Shown: piece after piece, positions 1-14,170 of the stretch
Numbering within the stretch: the first letter of the stretch is position 1
Layout: each line of letters begins with the position of its first letter
Assembly: GCA_040954595.2 (NCBI GenBank)
Contig: CM082576.2
Coordinates: forward strand, 20,321,028 to 20,385,027
Source of the DNA: Balanoglossus misakiensis
Taxonomy: Eukaryota > Animalia > Hemichordata
Reading direction: 5' to 3'
DNA length: 64,000 bases
The notes under the pieces: generated by a model
What the model was told of the DNA's origin: nothing
The model's database searches: none
The model's input: only the letters and a program-made list of their open reading frames with translations
Made by a program: the position numbers and the translations under genes

Positions 1-605
1 CAATGTCGCCTTTTCTATGGACGTTACTTGGCCAGTGTTCGTTACACATCCAGGACAGTGTCAATATTTCTGTGAAAGAATAGCGGAAAACATGCGAAGC
101 CAAGGAGCGAGCAACCAGCTGTTTTCTGCAAGTCATGCCCCCACACTGTCCACCATCATTATTCCTATATACATATTTGGCGCAGTGAGTATTGAAACAT
201 TACAGTATTTAGTGTGTTTTAAGATATCACAGATAGTTTTCACGACTTAATGTGTGGGTAGAATCACATTCGTCGAAATAACGCTGCTGCAGTCCCCTGA
301 TTCAGTCCGTAAACAAGGTAAGCTTGAGACATAGACGATCGACAATCAGTTTCCGCTGTTGATTTCGCCCTATCGCAACTCAGTAACTGGGGCCGAGTGA
401 TGCTCCATACATTAAAGTTCATGACTACTGACACCAATTGCAAATTTGCAAATTTGCAAAAGGCGTGCTTTCAGAGAATATTCAACCAGAAAACCGACAA
501 CAATTGATGACCTCATGTGACCTTTACTGGTTGAATCAGGCGACCACTGCAGTGTGATTCCAACGTTTATGGGAAGACCACGGCGTTTTCTAGGCGTTTT
601 CTTCC

Positions 606-2080
606 GTGCTAGAAAACGGCGATCGGTGCACGAGTTTTGGTCTACAGACAGAATTTTCTAGTCACTACGCAGTTGGGATAATCGCCAGCATTGCCTATGG
701 CAATGCTTGTGAGCTGTGGTACTATGGTGTGGAGGCATCGCCGGTATCGGTAAAGGCCTAGTTACACCATAAGGAGCTGTTAACATTAAGCACTAAAGTC
801 CCTCTTTCTTGAGGAACTTTGCATTAACGCTGTTCTGATATACTTTTTTCTACAATTAACATTACTTGCTGAACAATCTCTGTACTTGTTTATGTTTCTG
901 TGTTACCCCACACCATAGACGTAAACAGAGATACATAGACAGTAGGGCTGCATTCACAAACACCTCTGCAGGGGGGGGGGAGAATTGAGGGGGGGATTTG
1001 AAAAAAATTGAGGGTATGTAAGGGGGGAATTTGAAATAATTTAGGGACTGAAAGGGGCGACTTGAAAACTTTGACGACTAAATATTTATTTTGAGTCCAC
1101 AAAAATACAGTTTTGCGCCCTTTATTTTACAAAATTTTCTAATACCCACCCCCTCCATTCATCAACACCTTTCAATCATTGACTGGTTTATCTAGTGTCC
1201 CAGGTCAGGGGTCTTGCCCCCACCCAATGATAACTTTGAGCGGCGACAGTTAAATTTGTCCTCCCCAACATACCGGTAGTTGAGTTAATTTGCTTTTGCC
1301 AGGTTCATTAAAATGCAGCTTTGAGCTCTGTATTTTATAAAATCCCCTTCAATTCTCGGTTTTTCAATGTCTCCCAGCACAGAATACAAATACTTAAAAA
1401 ATAAAAACAATGTTCAGTTTTAATACCCACTGATGAGGGGAAACATCAGTTTCAAATTCTTTTCATGGGAGCGCTGTTTTTCTTTTTTACAAGATAGATA
1501 GGTGATGTGTTTGGACACAATGGGGGAATTTCAAATTTTTGGCAGTTCGGAAGGGGGGATTTGAAAATATTTCTGGTTGTGTACGGTGGGCATGTGAAAT
1601 TTAGCGGTAAAAAAATTGAATTCTCTTGCCCCACCCCCCCTCCAGAGGTAAATCTAGAATGCAAGCTATCAAATTTCCAATAAATATGGTTATGTAGAGA
1701 GAGACTTTGTCCTTTTAATTCAAATTTATTTACACAAAACTTGAGTTTACAAGGAAATATTAAGGAATACTTTATTTGTCGTTTCCCAGGGTCTGGCCCT
1801 ACAGCTATTTCTTAGTTCGGGAAATAACAAATTAACACAATTTTCGTATGTTCAGATGTCAAAATTTATTCAATCTAGGTGAACTGGCAACGCGGGGCAA
1901 CAGCTAGCTCTGCGTACAGGTCTGTGTGTTCCCGGCGTTACACGGCCTCCACGTACGCAGAGCTGGGCTATACCATAGCAAGGCTGGCGATTACACCAAC
2001 TGGTAGTGGTTTTGAGTGGTTTGACTAGAAAATTCTGTCTGTAGACCAAAACTCGTGCACCGATCGTCGTTTTCGAGCAC
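606..2080. repeat. Pair of 59-bp inverted repeats (606-664 and 2022-2080), probably transposon termini
   Basis: gtgctagaaaacggcgatcggtgcacgagttttggtctacagacagaattttctagtca matches the reverse complement of 2022-2080 at 57/59. No clear target-site duplication (TSD), so they may be ends of two separate elements. Confidence 0.7.
945..1667. mobile_element. Degenerate MITE with G/C-run subterminal regions (Harbinger-like)
   Basis: Left end gggctgcattcacaaacacctctg; degenerate inverse cagaggtaaatctagaatgcaagct at the right. Its right half recurs at about 25395-25825. Confidence 0.5.
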
Positions 2081-2217
2081 ACTGCATTTATATTAGACAG
2101 CAAATCACCCCAAAACGTCTCACAACTTGTACAACGGCCCCTTTTTGAACTTTATGCAGCGAGAAAGACATGCTCAGCCGCCGCCATCTTGATTTACGCG
2201 GAAAGGATTCTAAGGGC

Positions 2218-2545
2218 AATATTAATTCGACACAACGTAAAATAATTCGACACAACACGTGAAATTAATTTGACCAAACAGGTGATATTAATTCGACACT
2301 ACACGTGAAATTAATTCGACACAACACGTAAAATTAATTCGACACTACACCTGTAATTAATTCGATTGTTCACGTAAAAATAATTTGAGATATTGTTGGC
2401 AAAATTATTTCTAACAAAGATAAGCTAAAATTTAGAACACATAAAATGATTTCTGCATGACTACAAAAAATAATTAAAGCACATAAAAAATAATTCTACA
2501 TACTGGTAAAATTAATTCCAGGCTTTATAAAATTAATTCTAACAT
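2218..2545. repeat. Degenerate minisatellite of about 22-23 bp (aaattaattcgacacaacacgt-like)
   Basis: Repeated aattaattcgacac core, decaying rightwards. Confidence 0.75.
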
Positions 2546-3355
2546 GTTTTAGTAATAAACTACAATTTTGACCAGAACAGCCCCCATAGATACCGGTAGT
2601 ACATGTTACTTTGGGTGTTTTTCTCAATGTTTATAATGTGTTTTCATTGCCTGTTCTACTTGTGTCTGAACATATTTCAAGCTTCATTAGCTGTACAACT
2701 TTTCACTTTGTTTTCAATATTTTTGTTTTAAGTATTTACTGCAGTGTCTTCTTCAGATCCCTGAATCATGATGAAATATAGGTGTGTCTAGTCAGTATTG
2801 TTATTCTAAATTTGAAGTCAAGTCTGGACTAGAATTCATTTCAATAGCCGTTACACACATACAGGTTATGTTGACAAGTGGAACCGGGTAGAGCATGTGT
2901 TACAGTTAATGTCTCTTTAAATATCACATACATACATGTGTCTAGTTTTGTACATGCAACTCATATGTATGTTATATTTATTGATTGACTGTCAAATATC
3001 CTCCTGTTGTTTGATTAAATGTAAATATTGTATGTTGTAGAAAGCACAATTCTCCTAGTTCCATAGATATCAGTGCTCATTTTAAAGCTGAAAGTGACAT
3101 TTTCAACACTAAATGCAAGGAAATGTAACTAAATATTTTAATTTTGCAGTCAAAATGCAACACAGTCAGCTCCGAACTGCATTTAAAATCCAAACACATG
3201 GTGTTATATTCTTGGAAATAAGCAAAGATCTGTATCCTATCCACAAAGTATATATCATACACACAGTATTATCTTAATGCAGTTTATGAAATTGCTAGAA
3301 ACATTGTAATATTTGGATGATATTTAAAGAAAAGTAATTATATTTATATTAACAG

Positions 3356-3424
3356 TATGTAAAAGTTACGAAGATTTAGCGTTGAATGATGATGTGATGT
3401 CTGTAAGAGCTGTTCCAATACATG
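3356..3424 (+). CDS. Possible 69-nt internal exon of an unidentified gene (CKSYEDLALNDDVMSVRAVPIH)
   Basis: ttaacag acceptor, G|gtgagt donor and an open phase 1-1 frame. No recognisable homology. Confidence 0.3.
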
Positions 3425-3997
3425 GTGAGTGAATTTCAAAAACCTTTTGTTCAATCAACCTTTCTACTGTCCTGTGATTCCAAAAGTAATTGAAATATCA
3501 TTACACATGTACCTGTATATAGTGCAGACTGTAAATAGAGCACACTCTGGAAAAGAGTTATGTAATTAATATCTCTATCATGTGAGTGACATCATTTTAA
3601 GGGCCACTGACCACCCCGACCATGACAATTTGCTAGGGGGTGCCAACATCTCAACAGGGGGTGAATCCTTCCAGGCCATGTCTGGGTGATTGATTGATTG
3701 ATTGATTCATTCATTAAGTCAGTCAGTCAGTCAGTCAGTCATATTCATTAATTCATTAATAATAAACGATATAGCTAGCCAAATGTTATAGGAATGGGCT
3801 AACACCCTTGTCATATAAACTTTGGCGAAGCGATCCAAAGCTCAGCTAAGGTAGATGGGGGGGGGGGACCTGAATCACATGCCCCATCATAATGAAAGCT
3901 ACCAACCCTCTTAGAATGATACTACGGCCTATACGTTGATCACCTGATCGCATCACCCTGTCACACTTGGCAATGGGTTACTGTTCATGTATGATAA

Positions 3998-4110
3998 AGG
4001 GGTTATTACACTAAGTTTGGTCGATAACGTGATGCATCCTCGTGATGTCCATAATATGGACATCACTCAAATATGACGCGTTATCGGCAAAACTTAGTGT
4101 AATAACCCTT
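3998..4110. mobile_element. Palindromic mini element
   Basis: gggttattacactaagttt...aaacttagtgtaataaccc arms with inner gtgatgtccat/atggacatcac stem. Absent from copy 2. Confidence 0.6.
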
Positions 4111-4159
4111 AAGTAACACCCTCTTATTTTAAAGAACACTCATTATGGAAGCCCATTAA

Positions 4160-4244
4160 CCCTTTCACAACCAAGGTTCAGTCTAAACCCATTGTTATCT
4201 ATGAAAAGGTTCAACCTGTTTAGAAGGAACTGGGGGTGAAAGGG
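4160..4244. mobile_element. piggyBac-like mini-MITE
   Basis: TTAA|ccctttcac...gtgaaaggg|TTAA. Confidence 0.7.
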
Positions 4245-4408
4245 TTAAAGGGACATTGTCTCAGTTTTGTCCTTTGACTCACTGGCTTTTATTAGAGGTT
4301 CCTACCTTTAAATGTTTCATAAAATGTTTAACAAAATCTGTCTACAATCGGAGTAGACATTGTTTACATACACCTTTTGTTAAATAATTGTACTGTGTTG
4401 TATTTCAG

Positions 4409-4507
4409 ATTTTTGTCAGGAGCAGGTGAGAAATACAGTATGATTTCTGAAGGTCTGAGTACTGCATTGCAGTTATTTGACGATATGAAGAGTTTACGAT
4501 ACTCAAG
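4409..4507 (+). pseudogene. MED25: MED25-like exon, VWA domain fragment (copy 1)
   Basis: 99-nt ag/gt exon encoding [32 protein letters not shown], recognisable against vertebrate MED25 [30 protein letters not shown] (from memory). Neighbouring VWA exons not found. Confidence 0.85.
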
Positions 4508-4706
4508 GTAATTATGGTAAAATTCTGAGGTTAAAGATCATTCTCTAGTTATAGCCCCCACTTTTTGAGGTGGTTTATCTGTATGTAAAGATCACCATGT
4601 CAACCAGGAAATGATTCCATACCGACAGTAAAGTACAACTCACGTGTGAAGTACATTGAAACCTGCCTAGTAAGGGCACCTCTGGGATCACACAACATGT
4701 CCTTTA

Positions 4707-7700
4707 AGGGATACAGGCTCTCTCTCCCGCTCGCTGCCCCTTATTCCATTAATTAGGGGCAAAAGCCTATCGGGCTTGTGCCCCTATTGGTATTGTTGGA
4801 ATTTTTAGGGCCCAAGCGCATGCAGGCAAAATTTTCAAACCGGCCTAATTTGCATATGAATGGAGATATCAAAATTCTGTTAAGATACTTTGTGGGCCAT
4901 ATTGCCAGGGTTGTATATGCCAAATGTCAAGGCCATAGGCCATGTCATATTTGAGAAGAAGATTTTTAAGTATTATTTTTCATATTTTTCGCCCAAGCCA
5001 TCGGCCTATACTTAACATAGTAAAGCAATGACCACCTTTTACTTTGGATAAATATGCATACATATCTCAAAATCTGTTAGGCCGATCATCTCCAACTTTG
5101 GCGTGCAGCTAGCCTAGCTTTTGTCAATAATTTTAAGCGAAAAAAAAATAATATGAAAAATCGACCGATTTTTTTATATTAATTTTTTTATTAAATTTAT
5201 ACCTTTACTTATACCTCTATGGTTAAGCTATGTCCATGTCTTATTGTGGAATTCTGGTCTGTGCAATAGTCCTGTACAGTGACTGTCTATTGGTCAGTGA
5301 GCACAATGGCACCAAAATAAAAGGCAAACTTTTAGGCTCACCTGTAACACCTGCTTAACTCATTAATTATGTGCATACCTGATTCTGGGCTAACTAAGAG
5401 GGCTAGAGGTTTCATTCTTGTGGGCCATGGACCAGTATAGGGTCAAAATTTCTTGCCCAAATTTTGGGTGACCTCAGGTGACCTTTGACCTACTTTCCTA
5501 TATCTCGGCATACAGAGCAGGTACAGACTTGGCGTTTGGAGGGTTGGGACTAAATTGAAAAGGCAAAATTGGGGGTCACCTGTGACACCGGCCTACCTCA
5601 TTAATTATGTGCATACCTAATTCCAGGCTAACCAATAGGGCTATAGGTTTGGTTTTTGTTGAACATGGACCAGTATAGGGTCAAAATTTCTTGCCCAAAT
5701 TTTGCATTAACTCAGGTGACCTTTGACCTACTTTCCCATATCTTGGCATCCAGAGCTGATATGCTTATTGCTATGTTGCTATGTGCTATGTTGGCTTGGG
5801 CCCGCTATTGCTGCTTGCAGCTATATTTAGGGCCCAAGCGCAAGCAAGCGCTTGGGCCCTATTGGTTTCGTTGGAATTTTTCTTTCCGGCTTTCTTTCTT
5901 TATTCTTGTGTCAATTCTTCGGCCAACTAAATCTCTGAAACTACTGCAGGTACACTGCTCAAACTTGCTACAGTGGTCAAGGTCTATGAGTAGATGTGCA
6001 GTGACTTGTGAATACTTAATTAGTCACGTGACCTGGCGGCCATATTGGATTTGCTGAAAAAATTCAGAAACTACAAGTCAGATCGACTTCAAATTTGGCA
6101 TGCAGGTAGACTACCTTCTACCCATCATTTTTGTAATTGGAAATTTTGCTACAGTGTTGCAGTTTTTTTGCTACAATTTTTTTTCTGAAATCTGGCTTAA
6201 ATTTCAAAAATCTTCTTCTCCAGAACCGGTGATAACCGAGACACGGGGTTTGGGGTATGTGGTCACCTCACTGATGTCTATCAAGTTTGCGAAGATCATT
6301 GTGATTGGTCGAAGATTATGGCGGCCATATTGGATTTTCGAAAAACCATAGTTAAACTCCAAAAATCTTCTCCTCCAGAACGGGCGATGACTGAGTCGCA
6401 AGATTCGGGGAGTATGGTCACTACACTGATGTCTATCAAGTTTGCAAAGAACATTGTGATTGGTCGAAGATTATGGCGGCCATATTGGATTTTGTAAAAA
6501 GCAGTGAAAAATTGAAATTCCTTTTTCTAGTCTAAAAATTGATAGCATACAAATTCTTTTTATGGATATCAATCTTTATGTGACTAAAATATGTTACAAA
6601 TTTTTGTCGATTTTTCACATGACCTTTGACCTACTTTTCACACATTATTATTTCTGCATATCTATTTCCAGGCTAACCTATAGGGCTAGACATTTGGTTT
6701 TTGATGCATGTGGATTAGTGTGTGATCAAAATATTTTGCTACTTTTCATGACCCCTTTGACCTCTGCTGACCTCATTAATTATGTGCATAGCTAATTACA
6801 GGCGAACCAATAGAGCTAGAGGTTTGGTTTTTGTTGGACATGGACCAGTATGGGATCAAAATTTTTTGCCCAAATGTTGGGTGACCTCTGGTGACCTTTG
6901 ACCTACTTTTGCATATCTCAGCATCCAGAGCAGATACAGCCATGGCATTTGGTAGGATGGGACCATAATGTAAAGCCACATTTTTGAGTCACCTGTGACA
7001 CCTGCTGACCTCATTAAATATGCACATACCTAATTACAGGCGAACCAATAGAACTAGAGTTTTAGTTTTTGTTGGACATGGAACAGTATGGGTCAATAAA
7101 TTTTGCCCAAATGTTGGGTGACCTCAGGTGACCTTTGACCTACTTTACTCTATTTCAGCAGGAAAAATACATACGTCCTTGTTATGTCATGAGATAAAAC
7201 ACCTGATAGAGCATTCTGTTTCTTCTCATTCATACTGTGCATATATAATACCGGATCAGCGCTTGGGCCCGACAATGCTGCTTGCAGCTTTAATTGGGGG
7301 CACAAGCGCCCTCAGGCGGCTTGTGCCCCCATTGTTATTGTTGGAATTTTTCTTTATTATTATTCTTCTTCTTCTTCTTCCGAGAAATTCGGCCAGGTAG
7401 ATCTGGGAAACCGCTGCACCTAGGGGGCTGAAACTTGGTAGGGTGGTAGGGGCCAATGAGTAGACGTGCAGTGGCTCGTGAATATTTAATTAGTCACGTG
7501 ACCTGGCGGCCATATTGGATTTCCTGAAAATCGTTAAACGAGTCCTTCTCAAAAGCTGCTGGGCCGATCGAGTTCAAATTTGGTGTGCAGGTAGCCTACC
7601 TTCTGTCCATCATTTTACCCCTTGAAATCATGACGTCACACATAAAGTTTTTTTGCTACAATTGTTTTTCTGAAAAACTACTTAAAACTTTAAAAATCTT

Positions 7701-10700
7701 CTTCTCCAGAACCAGCGGTTACCGAGTCTCGGGATTTGGGATATGTGGTCACCTAACCTATGTCTATCAAGTTTGCGAAGCGCACTGTGATTGGTCGATC
7801 ATTATGGCGGCCATGTTGGATATTCGGAAAACCATTGAAAAGTGATAATTCTGTTTTGTAGCCAAAATGTTGACAGCATGGAAATTCTTTTTTTGGATAT
7901 GAGTCATCATATGACCGGAAGTTGTCACAATTTTTCGGGGCAATTTTCACATGACCTTTGACCCATTTTAAACAACTAATTATATATGCATAATCCCCAT
8001 ACCTCCTCTTGTCAAAGCACCACAGTCATGAATTTTGTGGACATGGATACCAATGCTGCCAGGACATATCACAAATATTTTGGTATTTTTGACAATGACC
8101 TTTGACCTATTTCTGAAACATAATTTTTCTGCATATCTAATTCCATGCTACCCAATAGGGCTAGAGGTCTGGTATTGGTTGGACATGGCCCACTCTGGGG
8201 TCAAAATTTTATGCCCTAATTTTGGGTGACCTTAGGTGACCTTTGATCTACTTTCCCATATCTCAGCATCCAGAGCAGTTAGAGCCCTGGCTTTTATGGG
8301 GATCGAGCACATAATGGAGTCCTACACAAGACCTCATTAATTATGTGCATACCTAATTGCAGGCGAACCAATAAGGCTAGGGGTCTGGTTTTTTGTTGGA
8401 TCTAGACTAGTATGGGGTCCAATTTTTTTGCCCAAATTTGGGGTGACCTCAGGTGACCTTTGACCTACTTTCCCATATCTTGGTATCCCCAGCAGATACA
8501 GCCGTGGCATTTGCTGGTCACCATGGGAACCGCTTGTGCCCCGCCAACGCTGCTTGCAGCTTTAATTAGGGCCCAAGCGCATGCAAGCGCTTGGGCCCTA
8601 TTGGTTTCGTTGGGGTTTTTTACGGGCCCAAGCCAAGCCAGGCTTGGGCCCGTATTGGTTTCGCTGGGGTTTTTCTGTCTTTCTTTCTTTCTTTCTTTCT
8701 TTATTCTTGGTTCCATTCTTTATCGCTCTAGATCTCAAACACCGCTGCAGGTACAGTTCTCAAACTTGCTACAGTGGTCAAGGTCAATGAGTAGATGTGC
8801 AGTGACTTGTGAATACTTAATTAGTCACGTGACATGGCGGCCATCTTGGATTTTCTGAAAAAATGCAAATCTCAGATCTCAGAAACTACAAGTCAGATCG
8901 ACTTCAAATTTGGCATGCTGGTAGACTACCTTCTGCCCATCATTTTTGTAATTGGAAATTATGCTGACAAAGTTGCCGTTTTTTTGCTACAATTTTTCTT
9001 CTGAAATCTGGCCTAAATTTCAAAAATCTTCTTCTCCAGAACCGGTGATAACCGAGACACGGGGTTTGGGGTATGTGGTCACCTAACTGATGTCTATCAA
9101 GTTTGCGAAGATCATAGTGATTGGTCCAAGATTATGGCGGCCATATTGGATTTTCGAAAAACCCTAGTAAAATTTGAAAAATCTTCTACTCAAGAACCGG
9201 CGATAACCGAGTCACAAGATTTGGTGTGTGTGGTCATTAAACAGATGTCTATCAAGTTTGCGAAGATGAATGTGATTGGTCGAAGATTAGGGCGGCCATA
9301 TTGGATTTTGTGAAAAACGATTAAAAAGTAAAAATTCCCTTTCTAGCCTAATAATTGATAGCACAGAAATTCTTTTTATGGATATGAATCATCATATGAC
9401 AAGAATAAGCTATGAATATTTTGGTAATTTTGGCAATGACCTTTGACCTACTTTTGACACATCATTTTTCTGCATATCTAATTCCAGGCTAACCAATAGG
9501 GCTATAAGTTTGGTTTTTGATGTATGTGGATTTGTATGTGATCAAAAAATTTTGCTACTTCTCATGACCCCTTTGACCTCTGCTGACCTCATTAAATATG
9601 CACATACCTAATTAATGATGAACCAATAGACCTTGAGGTTTTGTTTTTGTTATACATGAACCAGTTTGGGGTCAAAATATTTTGCCCAAATGTTGGGTGA
9701 CCTTGGGTGACCTTTGACCTACTTTTGCATATCTCGACATCCACAGCTGATACAGCCTTGGCGTTTGGAGGTATGGGGCCATAATGAAAAGCCAAAGTTT
9801 TGGGTCACCTGTGACACCTGCTTAACTCATTATTTATGAGCATAGCTAATTCCAGGCTAACCAAAAGGGCTAGAGGTCTGGTTTTTGTTGGACATGGACC
9901 ACTATGGGTCAAAATTTTCTGCCCAAATTGTGGGTGACCCCTGGGAGACCTTTGACCTACTTTACACTATATCAACACCAAACATAGATATAACCTTGAT
10001 ATTTCATGGGATAAAACAGAGCATTATGTTTCTACTCATTAATTATGTGCATATCTAATATCAGATCAGATAATAGAGCTTGGGCCCGGACAATGCTGCT
10101 TGCAGCTTTAATCTTTCTTTCTTTTTTCTTGTGTCAATTTCTTCGGCCAACGAGATCTCTGAAACTACTGCAGGTACACTTCTCAAACTTGCTACAGTGG
10201 TCAAGGTCAATGAGTAGATGTGCAGTGACTTGTGAATAATTAATTAGTCACGTGACCTGGCGGCCATATTGGATTTTCTGAAAAAATTCAAATCTCAGAT
10301 CTCAGAAACTACAAGTCAGATCGACTTCAAATTTGGCATGCTGGTAGACTACCTTCTACCCATCATTTTTGTAATTGGAAATTTTGCTGTCAATGTTGCA
10401 GTTTTTTTGCTACAATTTTTTTTCTGAAATCTGGCTTAAATTTCTAAAATCTTCTTCTCCAGAACCAGTGATAACCGAGACACGGGGTTTGGGGTATGTG
10501 GTCACCTAACTGATATCTATCAAGTTTGCGAAGATCATTGTGATTGGTCGAAGATTATGGCGGCCATATTGGATTTTCGAAAAACCATAGTAAAACTGCA
10601 AAAATCTTCTTTTCCAGAACGGGTGATGACTGAGTCGCAAGATTCGGGGAGTATGGTCACTACACTGATGTCTATCAAGTTTGCAAAGAGCATTGTGATT

Positions 10701-13093
10701 GGTCGAAGATTGTGGCGGCCATATTGGATTTTGTAAAAAGCAGTGAAAAATTGAAATTCCCTTTTCTAGTCTAAAAATTGATAGCATACAAATTCTTTTT
10801 ATGGATATCAATCGTCAGGTGACTAAAATATGTTACAATTTTTTCGCGATTTTTCACATGACCTTTGACCTACTTATCACGCGTTATTATTTCTGCATAT
10901 CTAATTCCAGGCTAACCTATAGGGCTAGACGTTTGGTTTTTGATGCATGTGGATTAGTGTGTGCTCAAAATTTTTTGCTACTTTTCATGACCCCTTTGAC
11001 CTCTGCTGACCTCATTAATTATGTACATAGCTAATTACAGGCGAACCAAAAGAGCTAGAGGTTTGGTTTTTGTCATACATGGACCAGTATGGGGTCATAA
11101 TATTTTGCCCAAATGTTGGGTGACCTCTGGTGACCTTTGACCTACTTTCGCATATCTCAGCATCCAGAGCAGATACAGCCATGGCATTTGGCAGGATGGG
11201 ACCAAAATGTAAAGCCACATTTTCGGGTCACCTGTGACACCTGCTGACCTCATTAAATATGCACATACCTAATTACAGGCGAACCAATAGAGCTAGAGTT
11301 TTGGTTTTTGTTGGACATGGACCAGTATGGGTAAAAAAAAATTGCCAAAATGTTGGGTGACCTCAGGTGACCTTTGACCTGCTTCACCTTAATTCAGCAG
11401 CAAAAATACACACATCCTTGTTATGTCATGAGATAATACATCCGATAGAAAATTCTGTTTCTTCTCATTCATACTGTGCATATATAATTCAAGATCAGCG
11501 CTTGGGCCCGACAATGCTGCTCGCAGCTTTAATTCTTTATTCTTCTTCTTCTTCTCCAAAAATCGGCCAGGTAGATCTGGAAAACGGCAGCACCTAGGGG
11601 GCTGAAACTTGGTAGGGTGATAGGGGCCAATGAGTAGACGTGCAGTGGCTCGTGAATATTTAATTAATCACGTGACCTGGCGGCCATATTGGATTTCCTG
11701 AAAATCGTTAAACGAGTCCTTCTCAAAAACCACTGGGCCGATCGAGTTCAAATTTGGTGTGCAGGTAGCCTACTTTCTGTCCATCATTTTACCCTATTGA
11801 AATCATGACGTCATACATAAAGTTTTTTTGCTACAATTGTTTTTCTGAAAAACTACTTAAAACTTTCAAAATCTTCTTCTCCAGAACCAGCGGTTACCGA
11901 GTCTCGGGATTTGGGATATGTGGTCACCTAACCTATGTCTATCAAGTTTGCGAAGCGCACTGTGATTGGTCGATCACTATGGCGGCCATGTTGGATTTTC
12001 GGAAAACCATTGAAAAGTGATAATTCCGTTTTGTAGCCAAAATGTTGACAGAATGGAAATTCTTTTTTTGGATATGAGTCATCATATGACCGGAAGTTGT
12101 CACAATTTTTCAGGGCAATTTTCACATGACCTTTGACCCAGTTTTAAAACAACTAATTATATATGCATATTCCCCATACCTCCTCTTGTCAAAGCACCAC
12201 AGTCATGAATTTTGTGGACATGGGTACCAATGCTGCCAGGACATGACACAAATATTTTGGTAATTTTGACAATGACCTTTGACCTATTTCTGAAGCATCA
12301 TTTTTCTGCATATCTAATTCCATGCTACCCAATAGGGCTAGAGGTCTGGTATTGGTTGGACATGGCCCACTCTTGGGTCAAAAGTTTATGCCCAAATTTT
12401 AGGTGACCTTGGATGACCTTTGATCTACTTTCCCATATCTCAGCATCCATAGCAGTTAGAGTCCTGGTTTTGGGGGGCCGATGGAGCACATATGGAGTTT
12501 TACACAAGACCTCATTAATTATGCGCATACCTAATTCTAGGCGAACCAATTGAGTTAGGGGTCTGGTTTTTGTTGGACCTAGACTAGTATGGGGTCCAAT
12601 TTTTTGCCAAAATTTGGGGTGACCTCAGGTGACCTTTGACCTACTTTCCCATATCTTGGTATCCCCAGCAGATACAGTCGTGGCATTTGCTGGTCACCAT
12701 GGGAACCGCTTGTGCCCCGCCAACGCTGCTTGCAGCTTTAATTATATTTGTTACAAGACACTATTTATGTTATTCTACATGTGGATATATAGTGAATCAA
12801 CATTCAACCACACACAAAGTATACAACCCTGCAATGCCCCCAGAAAGTAGATAAAAAGTAACATATATACTGCTTGTGGACATGAGTGAAAAAACTCGCC
12901 AAAATGAATAATCAGTCTCTACCATTTATTCGTTTTGGGTGAGTTTTTACTCCCATATCATACAAGCGGGATGGAAGTTGTGTATGGTTGAACGTTCATT
13001 CACTACATATACACATGTACATTAACATAAACAGTGTCTTGTATCAAACATTATTAATGGAAAAATGGGCAGCGAGAGAGAGACTTTGTCCCT
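4707..13093. mobile_element. Kolobok-like MITE split by the 8-kb HINE nest
   Basis: aggg...ccct termini with long inverted arms and TTAA on the right (left site reads ttta here, ttaa in copy 2). Uninterrupted equivalent at 40747-41269. Confidence 0.75.
4755..12743 (+). mobile_element. Nest of six Helentron-associated non-autonomous (HINE/DINE-1-like) elements
   Basis: Each element has a 5' gggcccaagc...gcttgggccc (or ggggcacaagc) stem, a T/C-rich microsatellite, internal tandem repeats, a 3' subTIR and a gctgc-tt-gcagc hairpin before TT. Units: A 4755-4806+11535-12743; B 4807-5828; C 5829-7295; D 7296-8567; E 8568-8621+10113-11534; F 8622-10112. Empty site in copy 2 near 40790. Confidence 0.8.
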
Positions 13094-13984
13094 TTAATAG
13101 AGAGGTGTCCTTAATAGAAATGTGCATGTAATATTCTATTCAAGCCATTACTTTTGTCTTGAACAATCTATCCTTAAAGGGGAAATCCGGTCCAGGTAAT
13201 TTCTACATAATTTGGTAGCTTTCAGGTCACTCTTTCAGAAAAAAAAATATTCGTCATGTATAAGTCGTCAGATTTTTTTACAAAATCGAGGGAAAGTTGG
13301 CAGAATTTCTAATATGGCGTTTACTGTAATTTGAATCATGGGAAAAAAAAGCACCAGGACCAACTTCCACCCACCTTGGTGTGGGTGATACCATTTTCCA
13401 ATGGGTGTAACTGCGTGACTGCTTGGGTATCTGTTGCTAAGCAAATATTTGAAATCATAAAATCCAGATTCTAAAGTTCAAAGGACAAATATACAACTTG
13501 TTTACATGGCCATTGACAACCAATTCATCATATTGTGGTGATGTAGAACACCTTTTTTGTGGTTGTTAAAATTTTATTACCCTAAATCGGTACTTCCGTA
13601 AAATGGTTGTAATATTTTTATTAATATTTATTACACATCACATATTATTATTCGCTCTTGGTTGGCTAATACTAAATATGCCAGAACTTCATGACCTCTG
13701 CACACGATCTGATGCTTACAGAAGTTATTTCGCGAGTGATGCAGTGTATTCTGTTGCAGTACTTGCACAAGCCAAGCCTATTATTCCCCATCATTTCAAT
13801 GCCTGGCCAATGAATTACACATCCTCCTGAAAATTGTTGGAAGGTGGGCAATCAGTTTCCATGGTTAAATCCTGGATGAAACACTGGTACAGGTTCAAGA
13901 CAAGTTTCGTGACATTGTGTGAATCCACAGCAGAATTTTACATCAACTCTATAATCCTCCATTTTTGTAATGATTGTGTTTCAG

Positions 13985-14170
13985 AAAAATCTGTGTCTAG
14001 TGGTGATACGAAAGAGGATGCCATAGTGAAACCTACAACCATAGCAACCACTACAACCACTACCACAACACATCCACGGAAACCTGCATCAACAGTTACC
14101 ATGGTTACAGGGCCTACCTCTGGTATGACCTCAAATCCTCTCAAATCAACTGTTGGAAGATCATCTCCAG
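13985..14170 (+). pseudogene. Thr/Ser-rich exon, probable MED25 linker (copy 1)
   Basis: tttcag acceptor, CAG|gtaaag donor, 186-nt open frame KSVSSGDTKEDAIVKPTT...SSP. Assigned by position between MED25 VWA and ACID exons. Confidence 0.6.

Noticed and set aside
1-720. CpG-richer region with AAG|gtaagc donor near 318 as a promoter or first exon
   Set aside because: Cannot be distinguished from transposon-internal sequence without transcript data.
2218-2545. CRISPR-like array of aattaattcgacac repeats
   Set aside because: The period is only about 22-23 bp with no unique spacers or cas genes, in a eukaryotic context; it is a minisatellite.
5656-12854. Many 60-130 aa ORFs in the repeat nest
   Set aside because: They recur with the HINE units on both strands and carry no domain motifs; chance frames.
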